DNA from: Bdellovibrionales bacterium
Lineage (GTDB): Bacteria; Bdellovibrionota; Bdellovibrionia; Bdellovibrionales; JAEYZS01
Direction of reading: 5' to 3'
NCBI GenBank assembly: GCA_031374125.1
Contig: JANMFM010000048.1
Coordinates: forward strand, 1 to 46,492
Length of the DNA stretch: 46,492 nt
A program made the translations under genes and the position numbers. Shown here piece by piece: positions 1-8,284 of this stretch. Each line of letters opens with the position of its first letter. Within the stretch, counting starts at the first letter, position 1. The notes below the pieces were generated by a model. The model ran no database searches. It saw only the letters and a list, made by a program, of their open reading frames with translations, and was not told where the DNA came from.

Positions 1-25
1 ATTTGAACACAAACATTTCTTTGGA

Positions 26-373
26 GTGATCAGTAAGCTTTTAGAAGGTAGAGAAGTTCCTCAGCAATCTCACAAGAGATTCTACACAAACCAAGAAACT
101 GTCGTAGAACAAATCGGTAAAAATAAGCAATATGAGTGTTCTATGCTAAACCTTTCTAAGGGCGGCGCTTATCTAGAAATCGCAGACGCAGCGGCAGATG
201 TGCGTGGAATCGTTAAAATGAAAGTGAGCCTTAATGAAATGGACAAACAATACGAAGTGAATGCTAGGGTAGTTTGGAATTCAAAGAGCTCTATTTGGGG
301 CAAGGGTCAGGGTGTAGGCGTAGAATTTATCCAAGCAAAAGATGTTTATCGAAATCTTCTCAGCAACCTCTGA
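26..373 (+). CDS. PilZ-domain protein (c-di-GMP receptor family); 5' end uncertain
   Basis: The 115-aa ORF has the PilZ second motif N-L-S-K-G-G (D/NxSxxG) and a beta-rich C-terminal part ending GVGVEF. The listed start is GTG and the frame stays open back to nt 2, so the gene may start upstream of the window. No clear RxxxR is visible. Confidence 0.6.
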   Translation: MISKLLEGREVPQQSHKRFYTNQETVVEQIGKNKQYECSMLNLSKGGAYLEIADAAADVRGIVKMKVSLNEMDKQYEVNARVVWNSKSSIWGKGQGVGVEFIQAKDVYRNLLSNL

Positions 374-1080
374 TGCTCAGGATTCATCCATAGAGACTGG
401 AAGATTTGTTGCTCGCCTTTAGATATATTTTCAGCTAGGTTACCAGTCTTAATTTTAGTAAAAGGGATCTTTGGAAGGTCCCTTTGTTTTTTTAGGAATT
501 CGAGTCCTTTTTCAAAAATCAATTCACTGGTATAAATTGCATCGATCAATCCCAGCTCTTGCGCTTTGTAACTTGAGAAGTTATTAGCATCTAAAAGAAG
601 ATTCATTAGATTTTTCTTTGATACGCGTAATTTTAGGCGATGACCGCCTCCCCAACCCCAAGAAAGACCAATGCGACGCTGCCACATACCGAATAAAGCA
701 GAAGGAGTAGCATAAACTGTATCAAAGGCAGAGATCCATTCAATGCCGCCGCCGAGACAGTCTCCGGTGACGAGACAGACTGTAGGTACGGGTATTTTGT
801 TAAATTCATTTAAAATCTTTGAGATCTCTTTATTGATTTTAATGCCTTGAGCTTTGTTTTTGAGTTTTGCGTAGTCACTCAAATTTCCCCCAGAGCAGAA
901 AACTCTCTGCTCTGAAGTGAGAAGTAATCCTTCTATTTTATCTTTTTTTACATGCTTAATGATTTTCTGTAGTTCTTTGGCACAGGCAATCCCAAAACAA
1001 TTGGCTTGCGCAGAATTATCAAAATAAGCGATGAGTATTTTTTCTCGAACTTCGATTCTAAAATACTTAAGACTTTTCAT
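346..1080 (-). CDS. enoyl-CoA hydratase/isomerase (crotonase) family protein
   Basis: The 244-aa product has crotonase-fold signatures: FCSGGNLSDY (oxyanion-hole region) and TGDCLGGGIEWISAFD. It overlaps the 3' end of the PilZ gene by 28 nt (convergent). Confidence 0.8.
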   Translation of the reverse strand: MKSLKYFRIEVREKILIAYFDNSAQANCFGIACAKELQKIIKHVKKDKIEGLLLTSEQRVFCSGGNLSDYAKLKNKAQGIKINKEISKILNEFNKIPVPTVCLVTGDCLGGGIEWISAFDTVYATPSALFGMWQRRIGLSWGWGGGHRLKLRVSKKNLMNLLLDANNFSSYKAQELGLIDAIYTSELIFEKGLEFLKKQRDLPKIPFTKIKTGNLAENISKGEQQIFQSLWMNPEHQRLLRRFR

Positions 1081-1082
1081 AA

Positions 1083-1949
1083 TTACGGAGCAGACTCAAC
1101 ACATGGAACTTCAGGATTGTTGTCTGGGCAATAAGCTGGGGGGGCATTCCCGGGTTTGAAATCCACCATCAATTGGCAAACTTCAGCCGGATGCTTTTTT
1201 CCGTCTAGATCAAGTAATGTGCTGTAGCAGGTTTTTAGATTTGAAGCGAGATAAGGTAAGTCTCCCGAAAAAGAAGTCACATAATGCACTCGCTTATCCT
1301 CTCCGTTTTCGTCTTTTCCATACATTTCGTATTCGAGATAGGTAACATTAATCTCGCAGTTTACAAAGTTATAACAACGTCCTTCATCTACCATTTTCTT
1401 TGGGAGCTTTTCTTTCACAACATATTTTGCCAGAGAATAGAAAATTGGAACTTCGGGTTCCTGAATGGAATTGAATACCCAAAAATTCTGTTCCATCGGC
1501 AATGGGCAGTCTGTCCACCAAATATAAAACGGTGGCTTAACAAAAGTGCACGGCCATTCTTTCTGCAATTCGATTACGGGATTTTCCATCTCTTCTGGAG
1601 AAGATGGTTCTTTGTAATCTGTTAACAAAATTCTTAATTCTCTATTTTGATATAAATTACCTTCGACAGTCATATCTCCATTCTTTGCATCTACCACTTG
1701 CGCGGCTTTGTACCCAAGGCCTTGGAAATCTCCAGTATAAAGCTTAGCTTGAATTCTAAATAAAGCCCACTCGCCATGTCCCATGAGAAGAGGAGTCGCG
1801 CCATTGGTAGCATCGACAAAGGCTTGTCTCATATTCTGAATGGTTTGTGGGTTGACAGGCTTATCATTTTCCAAAGGCTTATCTTCTATGCAAGAAGTAA
1901 TAGAAAAAGCCATTGCGACAGCAAAGAGTAAAAATTTAATCTTCATCAT
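1083..1949 (-). CDS. hypothetical lipoprotein
   Basis: The signal peptide MMKIKFLLFAVAMAFSITS|C has a lipobox-like ITSC. No other domain is recognised. I moved the start from 1976 to the Met pair at 1949/1946, which gives a canonical signal peptide and a TAATG junction with the upstream gene. Confidence 0.55.
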   Translation of the reverse strand: MMKIKFLLFAVAMAFSITSCIEDKPLENDKPVNPQTIQNMRQAFVDATNGATPLLMGHGEWALFRIQAKLYTGDFQGLGYKAAQVVDAKNGDMTVEGNLYQNRELRILLTDYKEPSSPEEMENPVIELQKEWPCTFVKPPFYIWWTDCPLPMEQNFWVFNSIQEPEVPIFYSLAKYVVKEKLPKKMVDEGRCYNFVNCEINVTYLEYEMYGKDENGEDKRVHYVTSFSGDLPYLASNLKTCYSTLLDLDGKKHPAEVCQLMVDFKPGNAPPAYCPDNNPEVPCVESAP

Positions 1950-3070
1950 TAGATTGAATCCCATCCGCCAAGCCAAAAAGGCATTGGAAATATTTTTTCT
2001 AAAACTTGAACCGTCGCTGGTTCAAACCCCTTCACATCAGAAATTTTTGTTGGTCCAAACATCAATGGAATAATATCGATCGGATCTTTCGTATTGAGAT
2101 ATTGCGATGTTGTCCCAAACCAATACTCATCACCTTGTTTTTCTAGAACCAGATTTGTAATTCCAAGATCCATTCTTGCGTGTCTATGAATTTTCTTAAA
2201 GAAAGCATCTTCGTTGATCAATTTGATCATTCCTAAAAATCCTTCAGTTCTAATGGCACCTTTTTCTACGCACTGTTCGATAAGATTTTGCGAGTGATTA
2301 GGGGCGATAATTTTGATTTCTCTTTTTTGATCTTCTTGAATGAATTTTAAAAGTTGCATCATTTTAGAAACCCCGCCGCCCCACTCGTGGATGTAGCCAC
2401 CAAGGTCAGCGCCTTTTCCTTCAACACAATAGGCACCAAGGGCTCCATTGGCTTCCCAAAGAGTGTACACATTCGAATTTGGAATATTTAAATATTTCCT
2501 AACTTCATCAGGATTTCTAAAAGTAGAAACCGTATGCTGGCTCATAAGTTTGTGCAGAGCCATGGGATCAACATTGGGGGTTTTAAGAATTTTATATTGA
2601 GTATCTCGTGTTACTTCAAAGTTTGAATCAATCGCTAGATTGATTTCGTACCCAGCTAAAGCGAATCCGATTTTTTGATAGAACTCATGAAGGTTGGTCC
2701 AAAGAATCGCAAAGTCACAATCTTGTTTTCTAGCTAGGTCAATGCAGTCATTGAGTACTGTCCTTGAAAGTCCTTGGTTTCTATATTTGTCATGGGTCAC
2801 TACGCTGCCGATGGCTCCAGCTTTAAAGATCGCCACAGGAGTTTTTATGATGTGAGGCTTAAGAGCTGCGTGGGATAAAACCTGATTTCCTTCCGTAATT
2901 ATCCGAAGGTTATGGATATTTTCTTGATTTAGAGCCGTCGGATATTCCGAAGTGATGGACCACTTGTTCTGTGGGCGTAAGTTTTGGTCCAAGAATTTTA
3001 CTAAATCTTTGTACTCTTCTTGGCTTGGGGCATGAGCTATGAGCGTGTTGTTACCTTGAATTTTATCCAT
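1949..3070 (-). CDS. GNAT family N-acetyltransferase (Eis-like long architecture)
   Basis: The 373-aa product has the acetyl-CoA-binding region VVTHDKYRNQGLSRTVLNDCIDLARKQDCDFAILWT...FYQKIGF, typical of GNAT motif A/B. It has a long C-terminal extension. Confidence 0.7.
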   Translation of the reverse strand: MDKIQGNNTLIAHAPSQEEYKDLVKFLDQNLRPQNKWSITSEYPTALNQENIHNLRIITEGNQVLSHAALKPHIIKTPVAIFKAGAIGSVVTHDKYRNQGLSRTVLNDCIDLARKQDCDFAILWTNLHEFYQKIGFALAGYEINLAIDSNFEVTRDTQYKILKTPNVDPMALHKLMSQHTVSTFRNPDEVRKYLNIPNSNVYTLWEANGALGAYCVEGKGADLGGYIHEWGGGVSKMMQLLKFIQEDQKREIKIIAPNHSQNLIEQCVEKGAIRTEGFLGMIKLINEDAFFKKIHRHARMDLGITNLVLEKQGDEYWFGTTSQYLNTKDPIDIIPLMFGPTKISDVKGFEPATVQVLEKIFPMPFWLGGWDSI

Positions 3071-3174
3071 ACAATAAGTATAGCAAAGAACCTATTGAGG
3101 GTATGCTTTGAGCCTCAAATCGAGACCATAGCCCATTTGACAGGGCGGGACTTAAGGCCTATATATATGAGCCT

Positions 3175-3411
3175 ATGTCTAACAAATCAGAAAAATGGAA
3201 AGAAAACAAACCAGGTAAGTTCTATGTGGATCAATCCTGCATATCTTGCGACGCTTGCGTTTGTGCAGCTCCTGATAACTTCACTATGAATGATGAAGAT
3301 GGGCACGCTTACATCACAAAACAGCCTGGGACAGCTCAAGAAGAAGAGGCTTGCAAAGAAGCAATGGAAGGTTGCCCGGTTGAGGCAATCGGAAACGATG
3401 GCGAAGAGTAA
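3175..3411 (+). CDS. small single-cluster ferredoxin
   Basis: The 78-aa product has C-I-S-C-D-A-C plus a distal C-P-V-E-A-I (CxxCxxC...CP), the pattern of a [3Fe-4S]/[4Fe-4S] ferredoxin. Confidence 0.75.
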   Translation: MSNKSEKWKENKPGKFYVDQSCISCDACVCAAPDNFTMNDEDGHAYITKQPGTAQEEEACKEAMEGCPVEAIGNDGEE

Positions 3412-4057
3412 AGAATCTTTCTCTGAAAAACACAAACGCGTTAAAAAAATCATCTCACTTCTAGCAAAAGAATATCCGGATGCACACTGTGCTCTTGATC
3501 ACGAAAGTGCGTTTCAACTTTTAGTAGCAACAATTTTGTCCGCGCAATGTACAGATGAACGTGTGAATAAAGTGACGCCGGCATTGTTCAAAAGATTTCC
3601 GACACCGCAAAGTTATTTGAAGGCAGATGTTTTGGAAATCGAAGAGTTTGTGCGTACGACTGGATTTTTCAAAAATAAAGCTAAGAATATCAAGGGTTGT
3701 GCAGAGCAATTGGTTGAAAAGCATAAAGGTGAGGTTCCACAAACTATGGAAGAGCTTCATGCGCTTCCAGGAGTGGGAAGGAAAACTGCCAATGTTGTAT
3801 TGGGAAATATTTTTGGAATTCCAGGAATGGTGGTCGATACGCACGTGACAAGACTTTCTAACCGCATGGGTTTTGTTAAAGGAACGGACGCCGTGAAACT
3901 GGAATTGGAACTTCAAAAATTAGTTCCCGAAAAAAACTGGACCATGTACTCACATTACTTGATTACCCACGGAAGAGCGATATGTACCGCAAGAAATCCT
4001 GACTGCAAAAATTGTTTTCTCAACAAAAATTGCCCGCAATTGCCCTATTCCAAGTAA
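3398..4057 (+). CDS. nth: endonuclease III (DNA-(apurinic/apyrimidinic site) lyase)
   Basis: It has the HhH-GPD motif LPGVGRKTANVVL followed by VVDTHV. The C-terminal Fe-S loop is C-x6-C-x2-C-x5-C (CTARNPDCKNCFLNKNC). I moved the start from 3290 to ATG 3398 (MAKSKESF...), giving 219 aa. The first 36 codons of the ORF-track version overlap the ferredoxin out of frame. Confidence 0.92.
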   Translation: MAKSKESFSEKHKRVKKIISLLAKEYPDAHCALDHESAFQLLVATILSAQCTDERVNKVTPALFKRFPTPQSYLKADVLEIEEFVRTTGFFKNKAKNIKGCAEQLVEKHKGEVPQTMEELHALPGVGRKTANVVLGNIFGIPGMVVDTHVTRLSNRMGFVKGTDAVKLELELQKLVPEKNWTMYSHYLITHGRAICTARNPDCKNCFLNKNCPQLPYSK

Positions 4058-4265
4058 CCCAATATTCTGTCAATATTGTAAACACTCGAGATGACAATTT
4101 GTCAGTTCAATGATCTTTTATATTTTTTAATGGCAAATCATTTTTATTAAAAAATATCAACAATATTAAATACTTATGATAGAAACGAGTAATTTCTAAG
4201 TACCTGATTTCCTTGGTATAAATATTGTAATTAAACATTACAGAATATTTTTTAGTGGAGATTTT

Positions 4266-4613
4266 ATGTTGTCTTCAAAGTCCAGAGTTATATCCCTGAC
4301 AGTTAGCCTATTGGTTGTAATGCAATTTACACCGGTACATGCCACCGATTTAACGTGCCGTGGTCTTTTTAAAGAAGCCTTATCAAGAGATAAAAAGAGT
4401 GAAGATGCAAATCCAATTTCTTCATTGATGGTCAAAAATTTAAAACTTAAACACAAACTACCTATCAGTGCTTATATCGAAATAATTGGTTATAAAAAAT
4501 TCTATGATAGTAATGGAGTAGAGGTAGGAGTTTCTACTTTATTCCAACCCATTCAACACAATATAAATAATTTAAAAGAAAGCCGCAGTGGATTAGATAA
4601 ATATCGCACATAA
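4266..4613 (+). CDS. exported hypothetical protein (signal peptide plus CxxLF tag); possibly the 5' part of a gene interrupted by an in-frame TAA
   Basis: GGAG lies 6 nt upstream of the ATG. The signal peptide ends ...TPVHA|TDLTCRGLF. The ORF ends at TAA 4611-4613, and the next ORF (4647) is in the same frame with no other stop between them. Confidence 0.55.
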   Translation: MLSSKSRVISLTVSLLVVMQFTPVHATDLTCRGLFKEALSRDKKSEDANPISSLMVKNLKLKHKLPISAYIEIIGYKKFYDSNGVEVGVSTLFQPIQHNINNLKESRSGLDKYRT

Positions 4614-4646
4614 ATTGACGAGCACAATTCAAAACTTTTTGAAAAA

Positions 4647-5579
4647 ATGGGATTTAAAGAATCAGAAGATCCAATTTTTGGAAAGTATATGTCAGAAGTT
4701 CCTAATCCCAAATTATTTGAATACTTAAGGGCGCAATACAACGCCCGCGTTCCAGCCGACATGCAAATAAATATGGGACTTTATCAATCTAAAGTAGTGT
4801 CTGCTCATCAAACGGAGTATGTTAAGCACTGGGTAAAAGATGGAACTATGGCTCTCAGCGATCCTAGATGGGGTTCGGTGTTTGGCTTGAAGCCCGAGCA
4901 ATTGTCAGAAAATATCACTGAAGGTAAAGAGAGAAATAGTCTTTACAGACATGATCTGGAGCACTTTGCTTCAATTTTTTTAATTCCTAAAAAAATTATT
5001 GATACAAACAGACAGATCGGAAGTTTTTGGGAAAAAGTACTTCGCCATATGCGTTCAGAGATTGCCAAAGGAAAAGTTTTAAAAGGTTCTCCGGAATGGC
5101 GTGCAATGATGGACGATGTTTATATTTATAATCGTCGCTTTCATAGTTTAACGCATTTAGTGGGTATATTGGTTCGCTCTAATGGATCTGTAGATGTGAA
5201 TAGCCAAGAGATAAAAGACTTTGGATTCGTCGCACGTGTAGAAACCCCAACGATTCACTGGGTAGGATTGGGTTATAAACCAAGCTGGGTAACTAAAGAC
5301 AGTTTGCCGTTTGAAAGCCGTTTATTGTCCTTAGGTTTAGAACAGTCTGTGGTTGCAAATAAAAATATCACCATAACAGATGCTTACGCAGCTGTGACTA
5401 ACGAAGGAATACAGCAAGCCATTCATTTTGTAAATAAACAGAAAAATACAAAATACAAAGCTATATATCAAAATTTTTTAGCGGAAACTAAAATCAATAA
5501 TGATTCTGAATTGAGGCCTGAAGAGCTTACAGAATTGGAACAACTAACTCTGCGCCGCTACCGCATAATGGGTAATTAA
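4647..5579 (+). CDS. hypothetical protein (no signal peptide, no recognisable domain); possibly the 3' part of the 4266 gene
   Basis: The 310-aa ORF is in the same frame as 4266..4613. It has no Shine-Dalgarno-like sequence upstream of its ATG. Only 4 nt separate it from the next gene. Confidence 0.5.
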   Translation: MGFKESEDPIFGKYMSEVPNPKLFEYLRAQYNARVPADMQINMGLYQSKVVSAHQTEYVKHWVKDGTMALSDPRWGSVFGLKPEQLSENITEGKERNSLYRHDLEHFASIFLIPKKIIDTNRQIGSFWEKVLRHMRSEIAKGKVLKGSPEWRAMMDDVYIYNRRFHSLTHLVGILVRSNGSVDVNSQEIKDFGFVARVETPTIHWVGLGYKPSWVTKDSLPFESRLLSLGLEQSVVANKNITITDAYAAVTNEGIQQAIHFVNKQKNTKYKAIYQNFLAETKINNDSELRPEELTELEQLTLRRYRIMGN

Positions 5580-5583
5580 ACTT

Positions 5584-6723
5584 ATGACCCTAAAATTTAA
5601 AATATTAATCTATATTTTAATATCTGCGATATCTCTGAATGTCCATGCGAAGTCTTTGTGTGCGAGTTTATTTGATGAAAACTTAGAGCAATATGTACGT
5701 GTTAGCCCAGAGGTATTGGCTCATCCTATAAAACTTCTATCTGACAATTACGATGCGCGTGAATTTGTTCAATCTAAATTTAAAATAATATTCAAAAATT
5801 TTTTTGCATCACAAATGATAGATGCCAAAATAGCGATTAATCTCTCCCCCAGAGGTACGCTGCATGTGGTTTCCAGGGGTTTAACGAAAATTCAACATGA
5901 TGAGCTAATGAAGTTTATAGAGAGAGAACAGATAGATCATCTTTTGGCGGGAATTCCCAATTTCCTTCGTAATAAATATTTTGAGGTTAAAATTGATAAA
6001 AAAGAAAATGGCCAACACACGGTCACCAGTGAAACAAAATTTTCTTGGCAATTGAGTTTTGCGGTTGATAGCCAATTGCGAAGCGGATTTGCAATAGAAA
6101 ATAATCCTGCCACGGATTTGAAGAGAATTCGTCCTTTTATTGAAAGGTCTTCTTTGTCTACATATCCTATTCGTACAGATTTATTGAGCCAAAGGCGAAG
6201 CCAAGATACTTTGGTAACGTGCGGATTGTCTTCCCTTGCCCAAGTTTTAAATGCGAAAGGGATTCCTGTGGGTGAAAGAGAGCTTTTGAGACTTACAGAA
6301 TCTTTAGGCATAAAAACGAAGGCCGACATTTTTGGTAATCACCCTGGCCTTGAATTATCACAACTTGCACAATTAATAACTCAATTAGGAAAGCGTTATA
6401 ATTTTACGGTTACGATGAGAAAAATGGAAGGTGAAGAGGATACTGCCAAATTTAATGAAATAGTGAGAAGAAGCAGTGAAGGCCTCGCTAAAGTGGATAT
6501 CATTCTAAACTATCATTCTCCTGAAATTGGAAGACCAGGGCATGGGCATTTTTCTCCCGTTGCCGGATTTGATATTAGAACCAATGAACTTTTGGTTAGT
6601 GAAACAAACCTGACTGCAAATCCTCCATTTTGGGTTGAACTGAGTGCCATGTTAAACGCTATGAAAGCATCGGCGCATAGTGCGGAGGGTCCGCGAGGTT
6701 ATATCGTAATTGAATGGAAATGA
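5584..6723 (+). CDS. exported two-domain protein: unknown N-terminal domain plus C-terminal phytochelatin-synthase-like (papain-fold gamma-glutamylcysteine peptidase) domain
   Basis: The signal peptide ends ...LNVHA|KSLCASLF. The C-terminal half aligns by eye to the PCS catalytic domain: TCGLSSLAQVLNAKG (Cys213) and GHGHFSPVAGFD...LLVSE...NPPFWVELSAMLNAM (His322, Glu340). The Cys-His spacing is 109 and the His-acid spacing is 18, against 106 and 18 for plant PCS1 Cys56/His162/Asp180 as I recall them. Confidence 0.7.
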   Translation: MTLKFKILIYILISAISLNVHAKSLCASLFDENLEQYVRVSPEVLAHPIKLLSDNYDAREFVQSKFKIIFKNFFASQMIDAKIAINLSPRGTLHVVSRGLTKIQHDELMKFIEREQIDHLLAGIPNFLRNKYFEVKIDKKENGQHTVTSETKFSWQLSFAVDSQLRSGFAIENNPATDLKRIRPFIERSSLSTYPIRTDLLSQRRSQDTLVTCGLSSLAQVLNAKGIPVGERELLRLTESLGIKTKADIFGNHPGLELSQLAQLITQLGKRYNFTVTMRKMEGEEDTAKFNEIVRRSSEGLAKVDIILNYHSPEIGRPGHGHFSPVAGFDIRTNELLVSETNLTANPPFWVELSAMLNAMKASAHSAEGPRGYIVIEWK

Positions 6724-6763
6724 GGAAATTTTTTGATTTTTTAATTTTTAACCGGGATTGATA

Positions 6764-8284
6764 ATGAAAATATTAAGAATTGTTTTTACATTTATTTTTA
6801 TATTGGGAATTAGCACTCCTTCTTTTGCTAATAATCTTTGTAGCAATTTATTTTCATTGAGCTATAGCCCCGCGTTTCCATCGGATGCAGCGACTGCAAG
6901 TAGGGTCCGCTTCGAAATCGAAAATGCAAAAAGAGCCTCTCGACTTTTCATGAAAGCTTTGAAAAGAAAATCAGATATTTTAAAAAGAAATTTTTATAAA
7001 AAAATAATAGATTTAGAAATGGTGTGTATTGGTGCGGGTCCACAATGTGCGTCGGCATCTTTGGTTTTGGGACGTGCCGGCAGAGCCGCCATTGTAATAG
7101 AAAAAACAGAACATATTGCTAAAACCTTTGCCGAAAAAGACTTTATCATCAACAGTGTAGAAACTGGAACTCTCAGTATGCATGAGTTTCCTGGAGGCGT
7201 TGGAAGTTTAGCGAATTACTCATCTTCGAAGTATGCGCATTCCTCCCAATTGGCTGCCTATATCCAGGGGCAGCAAAGCCATTCGAAAATCCCCGTTCTT
7301 CTGGGAACGACGGTGACTTCGATCAGAGAAATAAATATCGATGGCAAGACACTGGTTGAAATCAAAACAGATCAGAACATCACCTTCAGAACGCCTCGCT
7401 TAATATTAGGAACAGGTATAGGGGAAGTGGCTTCCAAAATTCCAGATAATAACTACGTGATGGAGTTCAATAAAAATCATTTGATGCATTTAGAAAATCC
7501 AGCAAAGATTTTGCCTATAATGTGCACGGATACGTTACTGGTCTCTCTGAAAATCAATGCCAAAAAGAATAAAACTGTAACTTTACCTAAAGAAGTGATC
7601 ATCATTGGTGACGGAGATGGCTCGAGAATTGCCGTTGAAGGATTGATCGACGCTCATGTTAACTTGCCTCAAGGTTTCAAATTAACTTGGGTTGGAAATG
7701 ACTTCCGTACGGCGGTAGAATATGTAGCAAGTCGTGGAGGCGGTGATCGTTATATTCATAAAATAGTTCCACTTTATGAAAATAATCAAATTGAAGGAAC
7801 AAATGGAAAGGCTGAAAAAGTGGACTTTCTGGAAAACGGCAGAATGCGCGTGACAGTCTACAATAAAGAAAAGAATACCAGAGTGACGGTAGAAGGTGAC
7901 ATGATCATTGATACCACGGGCGCGCAGAGTGTAAGTGGTATGCTTATCCAAAGTGCAGGCGAAGTAAGATTAGTTGATGTTAAAGGCGAGCTCAAAGAAA
8001 TGAATTTGGATTCGACAGTGCTCGGCAGGCAGTACGTTACGGAATTGGGACGTCCACTTCCGATTTATGCTGTAGGACCAACTGCAGGCGCATTGGCGAC
8101 AAAAGAAGAGTTGGTGAATTCGCAAAATCAAAACCCGGTAGCTATTTTCAATACGGTAGGAAGGACTTCGGCGCTGATTTCAAATTTATTAGGAGTTCCT
8201 CATCTTCCTAGCAATAGAGGTGCGCGCAAAGAGCGTCCACCAGTCCAAAATGCAGAGGATATCGTACGGCAAATCAATAAATAA
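6764..8284 (+). CDS. exported FAD/NAD(P)-binding oxidoreductase (two-dinucleotide-binding-domain flavoprotein; subfamily unresolved)
   Basis: The signal peptide ends ...TPSFA|NNLCSNLF. The first Rossmann motif is MVCIGAGPQCASASLVLG...IVIEK, the second is VIIIGDGDGSRIAVEGL, and a late motif is IYAVGPTAG. I placed the start at ATG 6764; TTG 6758 is also possible. Confidence 0.65.
   Translation: MKILRIVFTFIFILGISTPSFANNLCSNLFSLSYSPAFPSDAATASRVRFEIENAKRASRLFMKALKRKSDILKRNFYKKIIDLEMVCIGAGPQCASASLVLGRAGRAAIVIEKTEHIAKTFAEKDFIINSVETGTLSMHEFPGGVGSLANYSSSKYAHSSQLAAYIQGQQSHSKIPVLLGTTVTSIREINIDGKTLVEIKTDQNITFRTPRLILGTGIGEVASKIPDNNYVMEFNKNHLMHLENPAKILPIMCTDTLLVSLKINAKKNKTVTLPKEVIIIGDGDGSRIAVEGLIDAHVNLPQGFKLTWVGNDFRTAVEYVASRGGGDRYIHKIVPLYENNQIEGTNGKAEKVDFLENGRMRVTVYNKEKNTRVTVEGDMIIDTTGAQSVSGMLIQSAGEVRLVDVKGELKEMNLDSTVLGRQYVTELGRPLPIYAVGPTAGALATKEELVNSQNQNPVAIFNTVGRTSALISNLLGVPHLPSNRGARKERPPVQNAEDIVRQINK

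Noticed and set aside
1284-2073. Plus-strand ORFs 1284..1625 and 1840..2073 lie opposite the lipoprotein and GNAT genes.
   Set aside because: They are antisense to longer ORFs with signal-peptide or domain evidence. Their translations are Phe/Ile-rich mirror-strand artefacts typical of AT-rich DNA.
3020-3916. A group of ORFs lies around the ferredoxin and nth genes: 3020..3289 (+), 3187..3453 (-), 3521..3916 (-), 3627..3848 (+), plus the 3290 start of the nth ORF.
   Set aside because: They overlap the ferredoxin and nth genes, which have clear Cys-cluster and HhH motifs. The 3290-3397 extension of nth is out-of-frame overlap with the ferredoxin gene and adds a non-homologous N-terminus.
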